A DNA stretch of 64,000 nucleotides. Source: Candidatus Fermentimicrarchaeum limneticum. Its GTDB lineage: Archaea; Micrarchaeota; Micrarchaeia; Burarchaeales; Fermentimicrarchaeaceae. The position numbers and the translations under genes were made by a program. Shown here one piece after another: positions 46,626 to 56,443 of this stretch. The notes below the pieces were generated by a model, which saw nothing but the letters and a program-made list of their open reading frames with translations, was not told the origin of the DNA and did not search any database. Positions within the stretch are counted from its first letter, which is position 1, and each line of letters opens with the position of its first letter. Location: the NCBI GenBank assembly GCA_013426015.1, contig CP058998.1, positions 445,470-509,469 on the forward strand. Direction: 5' to 3'.

Positions 46626-47882
46626 ATGGTTAAACTAAAGAGAACTCTTGGATTGTTTGATATAGTCGCACTTTCTATAGGAGCTACAATAGGGGCAGGC
46701 ATATTCGTAATAACTGGAACGGTTTCGCAGATAGCAGGACCTTCTCTTGTTATTTCAGTAATAATAGCAGGTATAATAGCAGCTTTAACTGGTGTGAGCG
46801 TATCACAGTTGGTGAAAGCATTCCCGAAAGAAGGAGGCGAGTATGAGTATGGTCAAAAAACCCTTTCTCCATTCCTCGCTTTTCTTTCAGGATGGATGTG
46901 GACTTTAAATAAAATTGTTACTGATAGCGTGATAGCACTAGGATTTGCAACGTATACTGTGCTCTTTCTTCCTTTCCAAATTCAAATAATCGCAGCTGCA
47001 ATAATCGTGGCTGTTACTGCGATAAATTATTTTGGCGTGCGCCTTACAGCGACTTTGACATCTCTCTTCGTAGTTATTAAAATTTGTATCCTACTCTTCT
47101 TTGTGCTCCTTGGAATTTTCTACATAAAACCAAGCAACTTCGCTCCATTCTCTCCTCACGGCATAGCTGGAATTCTCCAAGCTGCAGCAATAATGTTTTT
47201 TGCATATGTTGGCTTTATCAGACCGATATATGTCGTAGAAGAGATCAAGCAGCCAAAGAAAAATGTGCCTCGAGGTATATTCTTGGGTCTAGCCATCTCA
47301 GCAGTAATATATTTCCTTGTAACATTTGTTGCTACTGGTCTCATTGGTTCAGATGCTCTGGGCTCCACAAATTCGCCTCTGGCCTCAGCAATTTCAGTAA
47401 CTAGCTTTCCCCCAGCAGTTGATATAATTGTATTCGGTGCCATAATCGCGACATTTTCTGTCCTTTTAGGTGATGTATTGGGTTTGTCGAGGATGATATT
47501 CGCCATGGGGAGGAGAGGCGATTATCCAAAATGGTTTGCGGAGATAGAAGAGTCCAGCCAAACTCCAAGACGAGCAATACTTTTTGCAGGTTTGTTGATT
47601 GGAATCCCAACTTTGATTTTTGATTTGAGGAGCTTGGCTCAGGTTGCAAGCTTTTTGATACTAGTTTATTTTGCTTTTGTGAATTTGTCTGCAATAAAAC
47701 TTAAAAAAACTTTAAGCGGGTCATCAATAATCTCAGCAATCGGTATTGTAGGCGTATTGGGCTTGGCTTTCTCTCTGCCATTTTTCAGTATCCTCATAGG
47801 CGCTTTACTGATTCTCATTGGAGCAATTTATTATTTAGTAAAGAAAAGCTGCTCTGCAAACCCTAGGGCATATCTAAAATAA
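46626..47882 (+). CDS. APC family amino acid permease
   Basis: LKRTLGL, GATIGAGIF, P.EGG.Y, FFAYVGF, EE...PK.NVPR. Confidence 0.92.
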   Translation: MVKLKRTLGLFDIVALSIGATIGAGIFVITGTVSQIAGPSLVISVIIAGIIAALTGVSVSQLVKAFPKEGGEYEYGQKTLSPFLAFLSGWMWTLNKIVTDSVIALGFATYTVLFLPFQIQIIAAAIIVAVTAINYFGVRLTATLTSLFVVIKICILLFFVLLGIFYIKPSNFAPFSPHGIAGILQAAAIMFFAYVGFIRPIYVVEEIKQPKKNVPRGIFLGLAISAVIYFLVTFVATGLIGSDALGSTNSPLASAISVTSFPPAVDIIVFGAIIATFSVLLGDVLGLSRMIFAMGRRGDYPKWFAEIEESSQTPRRAILFAGLLIGIPTLIFDLRSLAQVASFLILVYFAFVNLSAIKLKKTLSGSSIISAIGIVGVLGLAFSLPFFSILIGALLILIGAIYYLVKKSCSANPRAYLK

Positions 47883-47961
47883 TTGGGTTGTTTTATGTAT
47901 CCAAAACTCCTATGAAATCACCCGGATAGTTTTATATATTTGTGTATTTAAATATATCAAT

Positions 47962-48243
47962 ATGAAAAACGAGGTTAAAATTCTCAAGGCTCTGGCGGAT
48001 GAAACAAGAATAAAAATAATCCAATGCTTGTTAGAGGGAGAGAAATGTGCATGTTCGATAGTGCCAAACGTTAATAGAGCCCAACCTACTGTTTCTCAGC
48101 ATCTTAGAATTTTGGAGGAGGCAGGAGTATTGGAATCAAGAAGAGTTGGCACCAATATCTGGTATAAAATAAAGAGTAAAAAAGCAAAACAGATCATGGA
48201 AATTCTGGATATCACAAAAATCAAAAGTAAGACGAAGTGTTAG
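47962..48243 (+). CDS. arsR: ArsR/SmtB regulator
   Basis: KALADETRIKI, EKCAC, QPTVSQHL..L..AG. Confidence 0.9.
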   Translation: MKNEVKILKALADETRIKIIQCLLEGEKCACSIVPNVNRAQPTVSQHLRILEEAGVLESRRVGTNIWYKIKSKKAKQIMEILDITKIKSKTKC

Positions 48244-48244
48244 T

Positions 48245-49624
48245 ATGGAAGAAGCTCTTGGAACATTTGAAAAATATCTCTACATTTGGGTAGTCCTATG
48301 CATGATTTTAGGTTTAATTCTGTCGCAAGTGTTCCCAGCATTCAGTATCATACTTAATGGTTGGCAGATATACGGGATCTCGATTCCTATAGGCATATGT
48401 TTGTTTTTGATGATGTACCCTGCTCTGTTGAATTTACAATTCGAGGAATTGAAAAAATTGTTAAAGAATCCTAAGCCGATTGTATTAACACTGATCTCAA
48501 ATTGGATTGTTGCTCCGATTGTTGCTGCACTTTTGGCATACATGTTCTTGAATGGACACGAACAGCTCATTGTTTCCGTCATACTACTTGGCTCTAGTCC
48601 CTGTACGGCTATGGTTTTAGTATGGGGCGCATTAGCAAAAGGCAACCAAGAGCAAAATGTAATTGTCACGAGTTTGAATACTTTGACGATTATGTTTCTT
48701 TACGCCCCTGTTGTTTCTATATTGACGGGTATTCAGAATATTCAAATCGATAGAGCTGCTCTCCTGATTTCAGTTTTTGTTTTCATAGGGATACCGCTGG
48801 TCTTAGGATATTTTTCAAAAAGGATAATCACACGGAAAAAAGGGGAGAAATGGTTCCTTGAAGTCTACAGACCTGCAGTTGGAAAAATTGCCATATTCGC
48901 ACTATTGGTCACGTTGATTGTATTATTCTCTCTTAATGGAAAAGTGCTCATCGGACACCCCGAGGAAATGGTTTTGGTTTCAATTCCTTTGTTGGTAGGT
49001 TTTGCTATAGTGGTCGGATATAATTTGATTGTTACGAAAATGGCTGGCCTCAAGTATAGGGAGGCAATAACAAGTGTAATTGTAGGTTCATCCAGTCATT
49101 TTGAAATCGCAATTGCAACGGCAGTAAGTATGTTCGGACTTAATTCTCAAGCCGCTTTGGGAACAACCATGGGCTTGTTTTGGGAAGTTCCAGTCATGCT
49201 TAGTCTCGTTTATCTAGGCAGCAAACTTAAAGCGATGAATTTTTGGACTAAGGACGAGGTTTACCTCGTTAATAAACTGGTGTCTTTTATGACAATGGCA
49301 CAAAAAGAAGTCCCCGTGATTCACGTGGAGGAATGGGAAGATTTCAAAAAAGCATTGGTAGAAACCCAACCGGACTGTATTTTCTGTGCACAGCAATCCG
49401 CCCCCCACTCAGAAAAACCTCTGACTCTCGGATTGATGTTCGCCAGCAAGAATGCACAGCATGCATTCCTTGACCTTGCCATTGATGATTCTTTTAAGAA
49501 AACTAAAATCCCAACATTCGTAAATAAATTTGGGGCAGTATGCCTTGATGAGGATAATCTCAAAAATTTCATTTGCTGCGAGCTGGGAAGGGAGGATATC
49601 GAGATACGCTCATACGAAGTATAA
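48245..49624 (+). CDS. acr3: Acr3 arsenite efflux permease with extra C-terminal domain
   Basis: FEKYL..WV, MMYP, NWIVAP, PCTAMVLVW, S.HFE.AIA.A, EVPVML. Confidence 0.92.
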   Translation: MEEALGTFEKYLYIWVVLCMILGLILSQVFPAFSIILNGWQIYGISIPIGICLFLMMYPALLNLQFEELKKLLKNPKPIVLTLISNWIVAPIVAALLAYMFLNGHEQLIVSVILLGSSPCTAMVLVWGALAKGNQEQNVIVTSLNTLTIMFLYAPVVSILTGIQNIQIDRAALLISVFVFIGIPLVLGYFSKRIITRKKGEKWFLEVYRPAVGKIAIFALLVTLIVLFSLNGKVLIGHPEEMVLVSIPLLVGFAIVVGYNLIVTKMAGLKYREAITSVIVGSSSHFEIAIATAVSMFGLNSQAALGTTMGLFWEVPVMLSLVYLGSKLKAMNFWTKDEVYLVNKLVSFMTMAQKEVPVIHVEEWEDFKKALVETQPDCIFCAQQSAPHSEKPLTLGLMFASKNAQHAFLDLAIDDSFKKTKIPTFVNKFGAVCLDEDNLKNFICCELGREDIEIRSYEV

Positions 49625-49652
49625 ATCGGAGTTCTCGACGTGAGGTGAGCTT

Positions 49653-49892
49653 ATGGAGATAAAGATTTTCGGGCCTGGTTGCGCCAAATGCGTCTTAACA
49701 GAAAAAGTTGTCAGGGAGGCTTTGGGCGAACTGGGAATCAAGGCAGATATCGAGAAAGTGAGCGATATAAACACCATGGTGGAGTCCGGCGTGATGATGA
49801 CGCCTGCAGTTGCAGTTGACGGCGCGGTCATCTTCCAAGGCAGAGTACCGAAGAAAGACGAGGTTGTTGCAGCTCTGAAGAAAAAAAGATGA
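49653..49892 (+). CDS. Small redox-active disulfide (thioredoxin-like) protein
   Basis: MEIKIFGPGCAKC, GVM.TPA..VDG. Confidence 0.9.
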   Translation: MEIKIFGPGCAKCVLTEKVVREALGELGIKADIEKVSDINTMVESGVMMTPAVAVDGAVIFQGRVPKKDEVVAALKKKR

Positions 49893-49896
49893 GAGA

Positions 49897-50832
49897 ATGT
49901 GGGATGTCCTTTCAAGCATGTTTAACGGAGGAGTAGCCCTGCTGATAGAGTACATAACGCAGCACACTCTGACCTGCCTAATCCCGGCATTCTTCGCTGC
50001 GGGTTTGATAAATACGGCTGTGCCGAAAAGCTGGATAATGAAAATATTGGGCGGGACGAATAAGGTTCTCGCATATGTTCTTGCGTCTGCTTCAGGAATG
50101 TTCTTCTCAGTCTGCTCATGCACGGTAATTCCGTTCTTTGCAGGGGTTTACAAGAGAGGCGCAGGGCTCGGGCCTGCAATTGCGCTGCTCTACTCGTGGC
50201 CTGCCATAAACCTAGCTGCATTTGCACTGACTGGGAGCGTTTTCGGTGCGAAGATGGCGATTCTGAGGGCGGTTTTCGCAATTCTTATCGCATTTATAAC
50301 TGGAAATGTAATTGAGTTCTTCTTCAAGGATGATAGGAAGGAGCCTTCAAAAAAACTGAAAGCATCAACTGTTGGGATGGATGCCTCTGAAAAGAAGAGG
50401 AGCAAAAAGGAGCTTTTCAAGGATTGGATGAAGGCAACGTGGGACTTCTTCCTTATGATATTTCCATACTTGCTTGTGGGTGTCTTTCTGGCAGGTGCCA
50501 TAAGGGTTATCCTGCCAAGAGATCTAGTTTCGAAATATGTTGGAGGAGACAGTTTGTGGTCGTGTTTTTTCATCTCATTCATGGGGGCTTTCTCTTACTT
50601 CTCGTCTCTAACAGAAGTGCCGATTACACAGACGCTTGTTTCGCTTGGGATGGGGAGAGGAGCCGCGCTGAGTGAATTCCTAGCGGACCCTGCATTGAGC
50701 TTGCCCAGTGCAATGGCAGTTGCAAAAATAATAGGCTGGAAGAGAACTGCAGTATACCTGAGCTTGGTTGTGATATTCTCAACTTTCATAGGCTGGCTTA
50801 TGGGTGCTGAGATGCTTGGCTGGGTTTATTGA
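49897..50832 (+). CDS. DUF318/ArsP-type permease
   Basis: H.LTCLIPAFF.AG, VCSCTVIP.FAG.YKRGAGLGPA, TEVPI, PALSLPS. Confidence 0.9.
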   Translation: MWDVLSSMFNGGVALLIEYITQHTLTCLIPAFFAAGLINTAVPKSWIMKILGGTNKVLAYVLASASGMFFSVCSCTVIPFFAGVYKRGAGLGPAIALLYSWPAINLAAFALTGSVFGAKMAILRAVFAILIAFITGNVIEFFFKDDRKEPSKKLKASTVGMDASEKKRSKKELFKDWMKATWDFFLMIFPYLLVGVFLAGAIRVILPRDLVSKYVGGDSLWSCFFISFMGAFSYFSSLTEVPITQTLVSLGMGRGAALSEFLADPALSLPSAMAVAKIIGWKRTAVYLSLVVIFSTFIGWLMGAEMLGWVY

Positions 50833-50858
50833 AAGGATTATTTTCCTAGGACCGAGCC

Positions 50859-51071
50859 TCAAGCCTGCTTTTGCCTCAGGACAAGTCTCTCAGCCTCCCC
50901 CCTGAACCCACCCAACTCCATCCTCTCACCACGCTTTACGAAACCCGAACTCCTTATGGATACCCCAGACAGTATGTCCGGCATCATATCCTTGAGGCCA
51001 AATCCTATGAGGGCGAAGATGAAAATTTGCTTGCATATGCCTGCAGCACGCTCTTGAATTTTTTCTTCCAA
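50859..51071 (-). pseudogene. Fragment of MscS-like gene
   Basis: FGLKDMMPDILSGVSIRSSGFVKRGER resembles FGIKDMIADIFAGIFIRSSGFIKLGER of 52588-53451. Confidence 0.7.
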
Positions 51072-51156
51072 CCATCCCCAAAATAATTGCTCGGCCTAAA
51101 ATAGTTGTATCCGCAGTTGCCTACATGGAAGGGAAGCATATTATTAATTGATAAAT

Positions 51157-52530
51157 TTATAAATAATTAAGCAGCTCGGACATGTCCTTTTTGTTTATGA
51201 CAACTGTGGCGGCTTCCCTCACTTCTTGAGAGGCGTTGAAAGCAACAGCCATTCCAACCGCCTTCATTGCATGGGCATCGCTCAAATCATCCCCAACAAG
51301 GATGCAGTTCCTGAGAGGAACGTTGAGAATTTTGGAGAGGAATCTGACTCCTTCCAATTTGCATACCGAATAACCGCAGTTCTCCTCGCATGTGAAATTT
51401 GGCGTCTTAAGTCTCCCTGTTATTTCGTCGTTGATTGTCTCAAGCTTGTTTGCCACAATGTAATCTGCACCTATCCTGCAGCCAACCACCTCACACACCT
51501 GTTCATAGCTGTTGCTCAGAATCGCTATTCTGTAACCCCTTCTCTTGAACTCGCTAACCACTCTCTTCACCCCCCTGTTGAGAGGAATGCCCGATGCAAT
51601 CCTAACCAGCTCTGACTTCTTCATCCCCTTCAGCAGCCTTGCAATCTTTCTGCTCGCCTCGTCTTCGCATATTTTCCCTCTCTTAACCTCTCTGTTGATT
51701 TTTGAAATCTCCCTCCCCAACTTCTTGGTTTTTGCAAGCTCCGTTATGAATCTCCCATCCAGAAGAGTCCCATCCATATCAAATATCACCATTCTTGACT
51801 CTTCTCCATTACCCGCAGCATGTAGCCTACCAAAAGCACTTTTCAGCATATGACTGAAGTTCCTCAAGAACCACCACTTGCGCTTTACTCCGTGACGTAT
51901 TATCACCTGCGCAACTTCTCTTGACATGGTCACCAAATCGCCGGTCGACCTCATCTTGTGCTCCTTATACCCCAGGTTGACCTCCTGTATTCTTGCTTTG
52001 AGCAGGAAAGCATTGATGAGTATCCCAATGTCTATCCCCCACCCTTCCTCAAACTCCATCCTGAGAAAAAGCTCTCTATTGCCAGCTATCTCGCCACTCA
52101 ACGGCTGCCTGAGCTGTAGCTCCGGGAAGAATATCGCCAGCAAAGGTTTCGCAGTTATCTCCGTGACCCTTCCCGCCTTCCTCGCATAATATCCTTTCAC
52201 AAAATCGGCTTCACCAACAAGTATAGGCTCAATAAGCTTCTCTATAAAACCAGTTTTAAAATTCGTGATGTCAGCATCAGTGAACACCAGCACATCACCG
52301 CTGGAATTCACCACACCGTCCCACATCGCAATGCCTTTCCCTGGGAATTTCTTCCTGCTCTGAGTTATAACTCTCGCACCGGCTTCCCGGGCTCTTTTGA
52401 CAGTTTTGTCCCTCGAGCCTCCATCAACTACCAGAACCTCGCTCACAAGCTCGCATTTTTTTGCCTCCCTGATTACCCTCCCTATGTTTTTCTCCTCGTT
52501 TAACGCGGGTATTACGATGCTCACCTTCAC
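51157..52530 (-). CDS. Glucosyl-3-phosphoglycerate synthase-like GT fused to HAD (SerB-like) phosphatase
   Basis: IPALNEE, GKG.AMW, DAD, GRVTE.TAKPLL, QPLSGE; then FDMDGTL, SNS, VGDDLSD. Confidence 0.8.
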   Translation of the reverse strand: MKVSIVIPALNEEKNIGRVIREAKKCELVSEVLVVDGGSRDKTVKRAREAGARVITQSRKKFPGKGIAMWDGVVNSSGDVLVFTDADITNFKTGFIEKLIEPILVGEADFVKGYYARKAGRVTEITAKPLLAIFFPELQLRQPLSGEIAGNRELFLRMEFEEGWGIDIGILINAFLLKARIQEVNLGYKEHKMRSTGDLVTMSREVAQVIIRHGVKRKWWFLRNFSHMLKSAFGRLHAAGNGEESRMVIFDMDGTLLDGRFITELAKTKKLGREISKINREVKRGKICEDEASRKIARLLKGMKKSELVRIASGIPLNRGVKRVVSEFKRRGYRIAILSNSYEQVCEVVGCRIGADYIVANKLETINDEITGRLKTPNFTCEENCGYSVCKLEGVRFLSKILNVPLRNCILVGDDLSDAHAMKAVGMAVAFNASQEVREAATVVINKKDMSELLNYL

Positions 52531-52587
52531 ATGCTCACCAGTGGATACTTATTTATAAGGGGAGTATAAAATAGATTTGGTGGGTAT

Positions 52588-53451
52588 ATGACGGATGGAA
52601 TCGCTATTAACATAAACAGCATCTTGGCGGGCATCATTGAATTTTCAATACTCTTTGGGAAAATAATACTGCTTGCCATTATCGGCTGGCTATTCGGAAT
52701 TCTTGCTGAAAAGACTGTGAAGGAGATGCTGAAGCATGCAATAAGCCTGACAAGGAGAAAGGGGAGGAGTATAGAGTATTCAACTGTAGAAACGACTGTT
52801 GAGTTTAGTGTTGCTGAGATAATTGCTAGGTTGATAAAATACGCGATATACCTGGGCGTGATAATCGTCATATCCGATATTGCTAATATAACAATAATTC
52901 GGGATATGCTGCTCATAATATGGAACTACCTGCCCAACATCATTGCTGCGTTGCTGGTGCTTGTGCTTGGGGCAATGGTCGCCCAGCTGGCTGGCGGCAT
53001 AGTGAAGCTCTCCGCCAAAACATCTGGCTTGGACGACCTTTTCAAGGAAGTGAGCAGCACCTTCCTGCCATCCTCGCTCATATCGCTGTTTTTCAAATAT
53101 TTCATATACCTTGTTTCCATCACAATAGCATTGACTCAGCTGGGGTTTCAGACGCTTCTGCTGTCAGCAATGGTGGGAATTTTCGCATCGGTTGTGACAA
53201 TATTCGTATTCCTCGTCCTCTTCTTCGGAATCAAGGATATGATAGCGGATATTTTCGCAGGAATTTTCATAAGAAGCTCCGGTTTTATCAAGCTTGGCGA
53301 GAGGGTGAGAATTGATGATGCGCAGGGAAGAGTCACAAAGGTGGGGTTGGTGACGACAACCATAAAGAACGGCAGGCGCACAGCAAAAGTGCAGAATTCG
53401 AAAGTTATAAAGGGAGTGAGAATAACGGGGATGCTCAGTAGAGCAGCTTAA
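52588..53451 (+). CDS. MscS-like mechanosensitive channel (TM_helix repeats)
   Basis: YLPNIIAALLVLVLG, KD.IAD.FAG, G.V.KVGLVTT.I. Confidence 0.8.
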   Translation: MTDGIAININSILAGIIEFSILFGKIILLAIIGWLFGILAEKTVKEMLKHAISLTRRKGRSIEYSTVETTVEFSVAEIIARLIKYAIYLGVIIVISDIANITIIRDMLLIIWNYLPNIIAALLVLVLGAMVAQLAGGIVKLSAKTSGLDDLFKEVSSTFLPSSLISLFFKYFIYLVSITIALTQLGFQTLLLSAMVGIFASVVTIFVFLVLFFGIKDMIADIFAGIFIRSSGFIKLGERVRIDDAQGRVTKVGLVTTTIKNGRRTAKVQNSKVIKGVRITGMLSRAA

Positions 53452-55207
53452 CCACTTTCATATCAAGAAACTTTTTTATAAGCTTGCTGTTGTCTATTCT
53501 TCTCCCCCTTATGTTTTTCCTGTAGTTAGAATTCCCTATCGCGATTGCATTGACAAGCCTTTTCGCCATTGCATTCAAGCTGTATTTCTCCTCAACCACA
53601 CGTTTGTTGTAGTTTATTAGACCAATATTTTTCGACTTGATCAGCTTGGCTGTTTGCTTTATTTTAGGGTTGAGTCCAAGGAATTCTGAAAAAATCTTCT
53701 CATCATTCCTGATTTTTAGAAAGACTTCCTCCTGCATCTCCAAGCTCAGATCTGAAAAATCTATGCAGATTCTGTCTTTTTTCTTTAAGAATTTCTTCTT
53801 TCTCAGCTCTCTCTCAATTTTCTTCAGAGAGGATATTCCCAGCCCATACGCTTTCCGTAGATCATTTATTTTTTTGAAGTATTCTCTTACAATCCTCCTG
53901 GCACCTCCAGAAACCCATTTCACATCAATAGCAATTCTTGTGTAAAGATGATCGAGTCTCATCCCGTTGGCTTCAAAACTGTCACATACGTAGGGAATCT
54001 TCCGCCCAACAACAAGCTTGTTCGCAAGCAATCCTTCCACGTACATGAACCCGAAGCCTTCGAGTACAGATGTTGTGATTATTGCATCGCTTATGTGGAG
54101 AAGGTCTACAAGATTGAAAGCTTCCACCCTCTCCCCTCTCCTCACTCTCGAGTAATCTTTTGAAATGAGCTCCTCCCCAACTCCTATAACAACTGGCAGA
54201 GAGTTCTCTTTGATGAATTCCTTGAGTTTCTTGCTGTAGAGAATATGGTTGGGTGAGTCAGCGTCCAGGGTTATCACCAGCCCGTACTGGTCACCGTTGA
54301 TTCTGTTGAATACTTCCAGGAGAAGGATTGATTCCAGATTGTTTTTTCTGAGCATTATCCTCAAGGGGCTGAGCAGAATCTTTCTGCTTCCATCGAATTC
54401 ATACCCATTACTCTGCGCGTACTCCTCAATCCTCTCAACCAACTGTTTTTTGAATTTCTCTCGTTTAGTTATAGGAACTGAGGAGAAGAACTCGACGTTT
54501 ACTGAGTTGGGAATTAGATAGACCCTTTTGGGAGAGATTCCTAGCTCAAGTACATTCTCATAATCACTTGAGTTTAGAACAAGATAGAAGACGTTTCTTT
54601 CGTTTGGATACATGATGAAGGAAGCGAACTCCTTATCCTCCCTCCCTGTGCAGTGCTGCAAAGCGTATAACCTGTCGGGCCTTGAATTCTCTGCAAAATC
54701 ATGTATATGGTATAATATCCAAACCGGGTATTTCCTCTCGCAGCTCTCCTGCGTGAACAGTTTCACCGCTGCGCTCGCAACAGCGTTCTTGCCCAGCGAG
54801 AAATTGTGGATGTGGAGGACCAGTGGATTAGAGGGGGAATACTTCTCCACTTGCAGCACCTGAAGAAGCTTATCCTTAAGTCTGTTCGCTTGCTCCAGGA
54901 ATATCTCCCTATTCGGAAAAATCCTGTCGCTGTACCCCAGTTCCGGAAAGTCGATATAGGAAATGCCAATGTTCTTCCCCCCAGAGTCTTTCAGATGCCT
55001 GCGTGTATCCAGGTGGTCGGCCCCCAAACCCGCAATTATGCCAATGTTCAGCGAGTCGAAGTTTCCATATGCCGCCAGCGCCTCAACAGAGTTCTCTATA
55101 ACAGTTCTCACGCCACCCTTCTTCAGGTGGTAGTGCATCTCAATCAGGTTAACTTCACGAAGTTTCCTTTCAAAAGTTGATGACAGCAGCTTATCTTCTA
55201 CTTTCAT
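53435..55207 (-). CDS. GT4-like glycosyltransferase
   Basis: HYHL..GGV.TVI.N, H.HN.SLGKN, HIHDFAE..RP, RKN..E..LL, TTSV.EGFG..Y.E. Confidence 0.8.
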   Translation of the reverse strand: MKVEDKLLSSTFERKLREVNLIEMHYHLKKGGVRTVIENSVEALAAYGNFDSLNIGIIAGLGADHLDTRRHLKDSGGKNIGISYIDFPELGYSDRIFPNREIFLEQANRLKDKLLQVLQVEKYSPSNPLVLHIHNFSLGKNAVASAAVKLFTQESCERKYPVWILYHIHDFAENSRPDRLYALQHCTGREDKEFASFIMYPNERNVFYLVLNSSDYENVLELGISPKRVYLIPNSVNVEFFSSVPITKREKFKKQLVERIEEYAQSNGYEFDGSRKILLSPLRIMLRKNNLESILLLEVFNRINGDQYGLVITLDADSPNHILYSKKLKEFIKENSLPVVIGVGEELISKDYSRVRRGERVEAFNLVDLLHISDAIITTSVLEGFGFMYVEGLLANKLVVGRKIPYVCDSFEANGMRLDHLYTRIAIDVKWVSGGARRIVREYFKKINDLRKAYGLGISSLKKIERELRKKKFLKKKDRICIDFSDLSLEMQEEVFLKIRNDEKIFSEFLGLNPKIKQTAKLIKSKNIGLINYNKRVVEEKYSLNAMAKRLVNAIAIGNSNYRKNIRGRRIDNSKLIKKFLDMKVVKLLY

Positions 55208-56379
55208 CGCATCACTGGTTCGAGTTTTTCTATCAATCTTTCCCGCTTCCCAAAGAATATTCTGGCCTGCTCGAGGATTTGCTGCTCGGCTTCAAGGCTG
55301 CTCATGCTTTCAGTTTCTTTTACGAACGAGTAATTCCTCGCGCTCCAGAGTGGTATGAGCGCGTTCATCCAATCCCCTTCTCCTGTGGAATGCGCGATAA
55401 AATCAAAAACGATATCGCACCACAGCTCCGCATCTACCTCCGGCTCTTCCATACCGTGTATCAGGGAGAAGGTTCTCGCATCAAGGATGCTCTTCCACCT
55501 GCCAGCCATCTCCCGCCTTCCTTTCAGAAAGTCCTCCCTCATTCTTTCCACATCAACTTCAAAAGCCTGCGGCTCGACATCCCCTCTGGAGCCAACCATC
55601 TCCACCTCCCCGACTTCTTTCAGTTTGAACCATTCTCCCTTGCTGCTGGCAATTATCCCAAAAAACGTTTTGACTACCTGGCTGAACATTGGCTTGAGGT
55701 CTGTTGGGTTCCGGGGGTCGTGTATTTTCTCGCCAAGGAAAACCTGCTTTACCTTGAAATTTCCCAATACTGCGTTGGAGGTCATGAAAATGTCAATTCC
55801 GAATCTTGCGATATCGTTTTCCCACGAGGTTCTCCCAAGCCAGAACTCCACCATTGCCCTGTTGAATGCAAAATCCCCCCCTATGGGCTGCCGTATGTTT
55901 CTGCACAGCACTCCGTATATGAGGGGGAAGCAGATGTTATTCGTTATTGTCCCATCATACTTATACCGGAAGTAGTTGGGGACTGTGAAGTCCGCGCCCA
56001 CCTCTATTGGTTTTATCATGAGCCTCACCCACTCCGGCGTTATGCTCCGTAGATCGCTGTCGAAAACTGCGATGAACTCCGAATTTTTTTCTATGCTCAG
56101 TTCGAATATCTCCTTGAGGGCGGACCCCTTGCCGGATATGGGGTTTTTGTAATGGACGAACAGCTTCTCGGTTTTGGTTTCCGTCCCCTCAAACACCTCC
56201 ATAGTCCCATCGTTGCTCCTGGCATCGGAGTCAACTATCAGCGCCCTGCGATTGGGAAAATGCTTCCTGAGCCCGGCGTCAATCTGTTTAACCACGAAGG
56301 AGATCGTTTTTGAGTTGTTGTAGGTGGGGATTCCAACAACAATGTCGAATTTGTCCATGATAATTTCACGTAATAACAT
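55204..56379 (-). CDS. Glucosylglycerate synthase (Ggs)-like glycosyltransferase
   Basis: DIVVGIP.YNN..TI, GKGSAL, DSDLRSITPEW, RYKYDGTITN, IRQPIGGDF, FGIDIFMT. Confidence 0.8.
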   Translation of the reverse strand: MLLREIIMDKFDIVVGIPTYNNSKTISFVVKQIDAGLRKHFPNRRALIVDSDARSNDGTMEVFEGTETKTEKLFVHYKNPISGKGSALKEIFELSIEKNSEFIAVFDSDLRSITPEWVRLMIKPIEVGADFTVPNYFRYKYDGTITNNICFPLIYGVLCRNIRQPIGGDFAFNRAMVEFWLGRTSWENDIARFGIDIFMTSNAVLGNFKVKQVFLGEKIHDPRNPTDLKPMFSQVVKTFFGIIASSKGEWFKLKEVGEVEMVGSRGDVEPQAFEVDVERMREDFLKGRREMAGRWKSILDARTFSLIHGMEEPEVDAELWCDIVFDFIAHSTGEGDWMNALIPLWSARNYSFVKETESMSSLEAEQQILEQARIFFGKRERLIEKLEPVMR

Positions 56380-56443
56380 TATTTAATGTTTTTATTGGCT
56401 TGAGCACATTGAGAACTGGTTTTTTATTCGGGTTAGTACTCAC

